In this document: one piece after another, positions 17,901 through 26,900 of the stretch | Layout: each line of letters begins with the position of its first letter | Numbering within the stretch: position 1 is the stretch's first letter | From: an uncultured virus (IMG/VR IMGVR_UViG_3300020281_001556) | Lineage: Duplodnaviria; Heunggongvirae; Uroviricota; Caudoviricetes | Direction: 5' to 3' (one strand) | DNA: 64,000 nt | IMG/VR virus record: IMGVR_UViG_3300020281_001556 | Translations under genes and position numbers: made by a program | The notes under the pieces: model-generated | Seen by the model: only the letters and a program-made list of their open reading frames with translations | Database searches by the model: none | Told to the model about the DNA's origin: nothing

Positions 17901-20900
17901 CTACATCAGTGATGCGGCAGATTCAACAGGTCCATTTAAAATCTATGGAATAGATGAAGAAACTACTAAAGGCTACAAAAATAAATTAGGTTGGTTTTAT
18001 CCTCTGTATACAGAAGAAGTAGCCGCTCAAGGTTATGATAAACAACAAGGTGGTACAGGTTTAGCACATACGCATAAATTTAAAGGCGATAATAGAGTTT
18101 TCTACATGCCAAACTCATCAATGAATCATGCTACATTTGATACAAGTGACTTTCCAGAATGGCCAAGTAACAGAGCTGTAATTCAAGGTCATGATGGATC
18201 TTTATGGAAATGTTTCGGAGACTTTAGAGACAAATTATTGTTAGACTTGGAAAAAAGAATTTATAATAATCTTAAACAAGAATATGCAGAAAACATCGTT
18301 GACATTGCAGATTTTGTCCCTAGTAAAACAAGAGGCACAGGTATATCAAGATATCAAATAGCAAAAACAATAACACCTGAATTTGCTAGATGGTTAGAAA
18401 CAGTTGGGAATCCAGATTATGTAGATAATTCATATTTTAAACGCGGCAACAGTTTTACCTACAATTACAGTTTGACGTTTGGTCCTGATAATGTATCATT
18501 GTCTGGATTTTGGAGATCAATTTATAAAGATGTATACAACACTGATCGTCCTCATAGTCATCCTTGGGAATGTTTAGGACTTAAAATTAAACCAACTTGG
18601 TTTGAAACTACTTATGGTGCGGCACCTTATACAAGTAATAACTTATTGCTATGGGAGGATTTGAGTAAAGGTATAGTAAGAGAACCAAATAAAAAGATTG
18701 TTTATAGAAATAAATTTAAAAATCCAGATATTTACAATTATATTCCTGTTGACAAAAATGGTAACTTGTTAAGTCCATTGGATACAGGATATGCAAGAGG
18801 TGGTATAGATAGTGCATATAGCGATGATTTCAAGTTTGGTGATGAATCTCCTGTAGAAAGTGCATGGAGAAGAAGTTCACATTATCCATTTGCACTTATG
18901 AAATCGTGGGCAATATCTAAACCTGCACAAATTTTTGGCCTTGCTTGGGATAGGAGCAGAATAGTCCGCAACGCGGCAAATCAATTAGTTTACAAAGATA
19001 CTAGTAAGAGAATAGAATTAAAACAAATCAAGTTTCCTAATAGTGCGGCAGATGATAACAGAATTAATACAGCAGGTTTTGTAAATTACATGCAAGGATA
19101 TCTTGCACAGAATGAAACAGTAAGATTTAAAGATTATAAGGAAAAAGTATTTTGGTTAGAAAATAAGATTGGATCCAAGATTGCAGGCTTCAGTCAGAAA
19201 GATAAATTTAAATTAATTTTGGATAGTAGAACTCCTCTAAATGAAGGAAATATTTTTGTACCTGAAGAAAATTATCAACTTACCTTAGTATCAGGTGTAC
19301 CCACAGCAGTTTATTCATATAGTGGTGTAATTGTAGAAAAATTACCAAGAGGCTTTAAGATTTCAGGGTATGATAAATCAAATCCAAACTTTACAATATT
19401 CAATCCTATTAGAAGAGGTTCTGATCAAGTTGTAAACGTAGGTGGAGTCAGTGAGACTTTCTTAACATTTGATACAAATAGATTATACGAGTTAGGACAA
19501 ATAGTTGACTTCAATGGCACATACTATAGAGTAAAAGTTGGACACACTTCGGGAAATAGTTTTGATCCAGACAATTTTCAAAAATTAGCAGAACTTCCTG
19601 TAGAGGGAGGAGCAAATGCAACCTTTGCCGTTAACTTTGAAGAATTTCCAACGAACATTCCATACGGAACAGTGTATACAGAAGTTCAAGACGTGGTAGA
19701 CTTTTTATTAGGATACGGAAAACATTTAGAATTTTTAGGTTTTACTTACAATACTTTTAATAAAGATTTAGAAGAAATAGAAAATTGGAGATTAAGCTGT
19801 AAAGAATTTATGTTCTGGACAACACAAAATTGGGGAGAAGGTGCTGTCCTTACTGTAAGTCCTTCAGCAAGACAGATTGAATTTTTTAAAGATTTTCATG
19901 TAGTTGATGACATCTATAACACGTATTATGATTACAGTTTGTTGAAAGCAGACGGAAAAAGATTGTTGGCTGATTTTGCAACTACTGAAAGAGATAATAC
20001 AAATGCATTTGGTCTTTATGTTAAAAATACACAAGAAGGAATTTATCATTTAAAAATACCTGTTATACAGACTGAACATGCTGTAGTTTTAGATAACGAA
20101 ACTGTCTTTGGTGATAAAATTTATAACAGAGCTCAAGGGTATAGACAAGAAAGAATTAGAGTAAAAGGTTACAGGTCAGATGGCTGGAATGGTTCTTTAA
20201 ATGTTCCAGGATTTATTTTTGATGATGCAAAGATAGAAGAATGGACAGCATGGCAAGATTATGCTATTGGAACTTTAGTAAAATACAAACAGTATTTTTA
20301 TGTTGCAAAAAATAGAGTAGTAGGTAACAGCACATTCCAAGACAAAGATTTTGTGATACTTAATGATAAACCAGTGCCAAGACTGTTAGCAAACTTTGAT
20401 TATAAAGCAAAACAGTTTGCTGATTTTTACGATTTAGATAGTGATAACTTTGATGTTGAGCAACAAAAATTAGCACAACATTTGATAGGATATCAAAAAA
20501 GAAGATACTTGGAAAATATTATTCCGGACGATGTTAGCCAATATAAATTTTTCCAAGGAATGATTCAAGATAAGGGTACAAAAAATTCTTTAACAAAACT
20601 TTTTGATAAGTTAGGAAGTGCTAACAAAGATAGTTTAGAGTTTTATGAAGAATGGGCTATTAGATTAGGTAGATACGGTGCAACAACAGGCAACGATGTA
20701 TTTGAAGTTTTATTGGATGAAGATCAATATAGGTTAGAACCACAAACAGTTGAACTTGTTGATTTTGTCAATCCACAGGACACAAGTTTAATTTATAGAT
20801 TAGACAGAAATAATATCTATGTAAAATCACAAAATTATGATCACAAACCTTTACCAGTAAAATATTACAATGATGACAACATGTTTGTGCCTTCAGCTGG

Positions 20901-23900
20901 ATATGTGAATCCTGCAGATATTTCAACTAGTCTTGCAAATTACAATGATATAGTTAACCAAGATATATCAGCATTACTTGTTGGATCATACGTTTGGACA
21001 GCTAAAGAAAAGAATCAGCTTACTTGGGGTGTGTATAGATATGTAAGTTCAACGTATCAAATTGAATCTATTACCGAATCAACAGATACAAGTTTTGCAG
21101 TTACAGTAAGCGAGTTTACTGATTTTGCAGTAGGCGACATAATTGGGTTGAATGATATAGACGATGCGACTAACGGTTTTTACAAAATTACAAATATTGA
21201 ATTAAACAAACTAACTTGTGAAACTTCTGAACTTGTTCAAGATACTACTGATACATATAACGGAAAAGGTTTTGTTACAAGATTTAGATCATCAAGGGTA
21301 CCTAGATTAGCAGATGCAAATCAAACTATTATAGATACAGGTAGAACAATACCGTTCTCACTTACAGGAGATAATGTTCAAACTGAAACAGTATGGGTAG
21401 ATGACGATGATACTGGTAGATGGACAGTATTAAGAGCAAAACAGGTATATGAACTTAAACCAGATATTATTAACAAAAGTGCAGGAATAATTGATAGTAC
21501 TGAAAAAGATTTTGGTGCAAGTGTTTCTGTAGCAGATAACAACAACTTGATAGCCATTACTGCTCCTAAGGATCTAAATGGTAGTGTTTATGTCTTTAAT
21601 AGACCAAGTGACAATGTTGAACCAAATCTATTACAACAAATTGACGAAGCAACAAATTTATTTGATACAAACGGTGGGTTTGGTACAAGTGCTTCATTAT
21701 CGCCAGACGGAAAATATCTAGCAGTTGGTTCGCCTAATGCAAGTAATGTAAAATCCAAAAGTAGAGGTGATTATGATCCTCTACAAACTTATGCATCTGG
21801 AGATATAGTATTATATAGCGAACAGCTTTGGAGAGCAAAGCGAGTAGTAGAAGCACAAGCTGTACAAACTTTTGAAAACTTTGCATCAAATCAACAAAGT
21901 AAAATTGACGAATACAACACTAACACATCTCAATATCCAGATGTAGTGTACATGATGCGTGGAAATTATTCTATGCCAAATGATGCAACTGATCATATAT
22001 TGATTAGAGCAGAAAAAGAACAATACGAAGGAACAAAGCCGGGTGATATCCTTACGTTGGCTTGGAACAGATACACGTCAACTACTCCAGCTGGTATAAC
22101 ACCTTTTAATAATGATCCTGTGTTAAATGAATCATTTATAAATGGACAACATACTATCGTAGGAAAAGTAGACAGAGTAATAGAAGTTATCAGTTCGTTA
22201 GCAACACCAGATGTTGGCGATGAATTAATTACAAATACAGCTAGATGTACAGTACAATACAGATACATTGACAATGACAACAAATTAATTTTATATTTGA
22301 ATAATATTAATGGTGAATTAACTGATACAGGAAACATCTTCAAAGGTAATATTTTATTAGGAACTTACACAACTATAAACAAGATAGATGATAATTATCA
22401 TGCAGGTTGGTGGTATGTCAATGTTGGAACTAATTTTAACAGCACTAACTTGGAAGAAAAAAATGCAAATCTTGTAGTAAGAAATATTACCTTAGAAAAT
22501 GATATTGTTTCAAATCCAGACTATACAAATATTTTAGATGCAAAACAAAATCAAGACATCGCAACAGAACCAACAAGAGCAAGTTATTACTCAGTGTTAA
22601 GTCATACTCAAGGAGGCACAGAGGTAAGCGTTCTGGATTCAAGATGGATAGTACGAACGGAAGCAACTGCTGGCGCATCAGTGCAAGTAGGAGATAATTT
22701 CAGGCTCTGGGTAAATCAAATTTATGTTAGTGGTGTCAGACAAGATCCTTCAGCTATTAATTTATCATACGATTATCTAAATGATACGAATCATACTGTT
22801 AATGATATTTGGAATGGTTGGACTGATGTTAGGATAACAAATTTTGATAATGCTGGTAATCCTTTTCTTCCAATAGTAGGTGATACTGTTACCTGTGTAG
22901 CTACCGGTGGTACAGGAGAAGTAGCTTTTATTAAAAGAGATTTTGCAGTGGTCAGATTGTTTCTTAAAAATAAAACAGGAACTTGGTCAAAGGGTTCTGA
23001 CTTCAATGAGCCAAGTGATGTTACATTTGTAGAAAATGACTCAACTGTTAGAACCATTGGACCTATCAATTCTACACATGTTGAAAATAGTGTATCAGGA
23101 CCATTGTTAGTAGTAGACAAGGCTGAAACTATTGCTATACCTAGCACTATGTTTATTCAAGATACTGAATATTGGATTTACACGAGTAATACATTGTCTG
23201 GTATTACAGATACAGCAAATCCACCAGGCCCAATTAATTTAGATTGGACTCGTGTATATAATATTCCTGCATTAGCAAGTGGATATAAAACAGGAAATAC
23301 CAATGAAGGTATTTTTGCAATTTATGAAAAACGTGGAAATACATATTTACAAGTAAATTATTATACAGTTCCTAATAGTGCATCTGGTAGAAAATTAGGA
23401 CATCAAATTAAATTAAGACAAACCGGCGAAGATAGTTACAAATTATTTGTACATGCAAAAGGCGATGGAACAGGATATAATGATGGTAGAATTTATATAT
23501 TTGATAAAGACAGTAGTAATGATTGGGCAATAGCAACTGATAATAATTACAGAGGGTTTTATAAAACTAGTGCAGTATATTTTGAAAACGATTTAGTGCG
23601 TGTAGGTAACACCATATACAAAGCAAAAACAAATCTTCTTGCTGGTCCTTTTGATATTACACAATGGACAGAAGTTTCATCTGGAGTTGACTTAATAGGA
23701 TATCTACCAAACGATACATCTTTCAGTTTAACAGACAGTGTATTGGAACAGAATGACTTGGAAGAGTTTGGTGAAAACTTTGATGTAAGCAAAGATGCAT
23801 CTGTTGTAATTGCTACTGCAAAATATATTAATAGAAGTGATAGTAGTTTACCAACAAGGAAAGTTGTAGTATATCGAAAAAATCAAAACCATTATGAATA

Positions 23901-26900
23901 CAGTCAAATACTGGAACCTTTCAATACAACAGAAAATTTTGGAAGCACTATAGCAATAAGCAACGATGGAAAGAAAATTGCCATAGGTGCACCATTCAAT
24001 AGTGATATTACTCCTAATGGAGGTGCTGTTTACATTTATACACAAAATGGATCTACATATAGTTTTTCACAAACAATTAGACCAGTAGATACAACACCAA
24101 ATACAAGATTTGGTTTCAATTTAGACTTTGATGGAAATACGTTAGCAATTACTTCTAAAGGTGGTGACCTTGCTACTAATACAACATTTGATCAAAACTC
24201 AACAAAATTTGATGCAGGAAGCACACCATTTAGGGTCATAGATAATGATAGCGGATTAGTATCTGTATATGAAACTATAAATGATACATTACTATACGGA
24301 CAAGATTTTGCATACGATGAAGACACACAAGAGTTTGGTTCTATAATAACAGTTAAAAACAATCATGTTTATTTAGGATTGCCAAAACAGGCCGTACAAA
24401 TTAACAATAAAACTGATAGAGGAATGGTTGCAGAGTATAGAAAGCCTGCTGGAACAACTACCTGGAATGTATTAAGAAATCCTGTATTGCCTGTAGACAC
24501 AAATAAATTAAAAGGTGTATACCTGTTTAACAAAACTGATAATAATTTAGTTGGTTATGTTGATTACATTGATCCATTGCAAGGAAAAATAGCAGGTCCA
24601 GCCGATCAAGAGATAAGTTTTAAAACAAGTTATGATCCTGCAAAATATACAATTAGCACAGTAACAGGAATAAATGCTAATCCTTTAGATTATACTTCTG
24701 AAAAGTGGATAGGAAAAATTTGGTGGGATATAGGAAGTGCTAAATTTATAAATCATCACCAAGGTGATATTACAGAGTCCACACAGAACTTTAACAAATT
24801 ATTTACAGGTACAAAAGTTGATGTGTACGAATGGGTTGAATCAACACTACTACCTAGTGAATGGGATACGCAAAGTGGAACAGAGGCAGGACTTGCAAAC
24901 GGAATCAGCGGTACATCAAAATACGGAGATAGTGCTTACTCTGTAAGAAGAAAATATGACACGGCGTCTCAAACATTTACAAATTTTTATTATTATTGGG
25001 TTCTAAATAAACTGACAGTTCCTAACATGGAATCAAGAACAATTAGTGCATTTGATGTTAGTAACTACATTTCAGATCCTGCTTCACAGCAATATAGATT
25101 TGTTGCTCCTTTGGGAGCAGATAGATTTGCATTATATAATTGTAAAAATCTTGTAAAAGGTAAAGATGTAGGTATAAGTTGGAACTGGTGGACTATTGAA
25201 AACCAAGAACAAAACACACACAATCAATACCAGCTTGTGTCAGATGGATTAGCAACGAGTCAACCGCATCCAGATATTGAACAAAAATGGTTTGATAGTT
25301 TAGTAGGTTTCGATTCAAATGAAAGACCAGTACCTGATATTGATTTACCTACTAGACAAAAATATGGAAACTTAAATGAACCAAGACAAAGCTGGTTTGT
25401 CAACAGGACAGAAGCAAGAAAACAGTTTGTAGAAAGAGTCAATGATGTTTTATCAAAAGAACTTGTTGTAGATGAAAAAGATCTTTCTGGATTAACAGCT
25501 ATTGATCCGTTACCTACTATAGCAACTGGCAAATTTGATACAACATCTGATTCTTTTGCAGAAATAGGTTTTGTAAGTGTTGCAAGAGTCCAACGTGCTA
25601 GATTAACACTAGAAATAGAAAATGGAAATATAATAAATGTACTGATTACTGAACCGGGTGCAGGATACATTAATCCACCAACCTATGTTATATCAGATAC
25701 CGAAGGTTCAGGAGGAGAATTAAAATTAATCCTAGATGCAAATGGTAGTATTTCTCAAGTAGATATACTGTCACCTGGGCAAAACTATTCTACAAATGCA
25801 AGTATAACAGTTAGAGAATTTAGTGTCCTTGTTACCAATGACGAAACTGTCGGCGGTAAGTGGGCGGTATTTGCCTGGAACGGTACAGAATATCTAAGGA
25901 CACAAACACAATCATTTGATGTTAATAATTATTGGGAATACATTGATTGGTATGCTACAGGATACAGCAAGTTTACAACTATAAATTATCAAATACTAGG
26001 AAGTTATCAATTACCAGCGTTAGAGGATTCAATAGGCGATGTTGTAAAAATTCAAAATGTTGGATCTGGTGGTTGGTTATTATTGAAGAAAAAAGACAAC
26101 CAAGTAGGTGTAGATTATACAGTAAATTATGATACAATCGGCAGACAAAATGGTACAATATCATTGAAACCAGGATTGTATGATAGTTCGAGCGAAAATA
26201 TTGCATATGACGGTGCAAGTTTTGATAAGATATTTTATGATACAGAACCTATTGAAGAATTTAGAAGAATACTAGGAATTCTTAAAAATAAAATTTTGAC
26301 TAATGATTTGCAAATACATTGGAACAATTTGTTTTTTGCAAGTTTGCGATATGTGTTTACAGAACAACCTAATGTTGATTGGGCATTCAAAACAAGTTAT
26401 ATCAAAGCAAAACATAATATTGGTGAACTTAAACAAAAAGTTAATTTCCAAAATGATAATTTATCGAGCTATGAAGATTATGTCAAAGAAGTAAAACCAT
26501 ATAAAACTAAAATTAGAGAATATTTAAGTTCATATGAAAAAATTGATCCTAGTAGTTCTGTTGTGACAGACTTTGATTTACCTCCTGTGTATAATGCAGA
26601 CGCAGGTAAAATTATTCCGCAAAGCGTCCAAATTATAGATAATAAAGTACAAAGTGGCACCACAGATATTCAGAGATATCCAAGCAAACACTGGATTGAC
26701 AATCTTGGTTTTGAACTTACAAGTTTTACAATAGCAGATGCTGGAAGTGGTTATACAGACATTCCTAAAATTAAAATTACCGGCGGTGGCGGAAGCGGTG
26801 CTGAAGCTCAGGCATACATAGGTAACGGTAAGGTTACAAGTGTTGTTGTCACAAAAGCAGGTAGTGGATATCTATCACAACCAACAATTTCAATTGAAGG

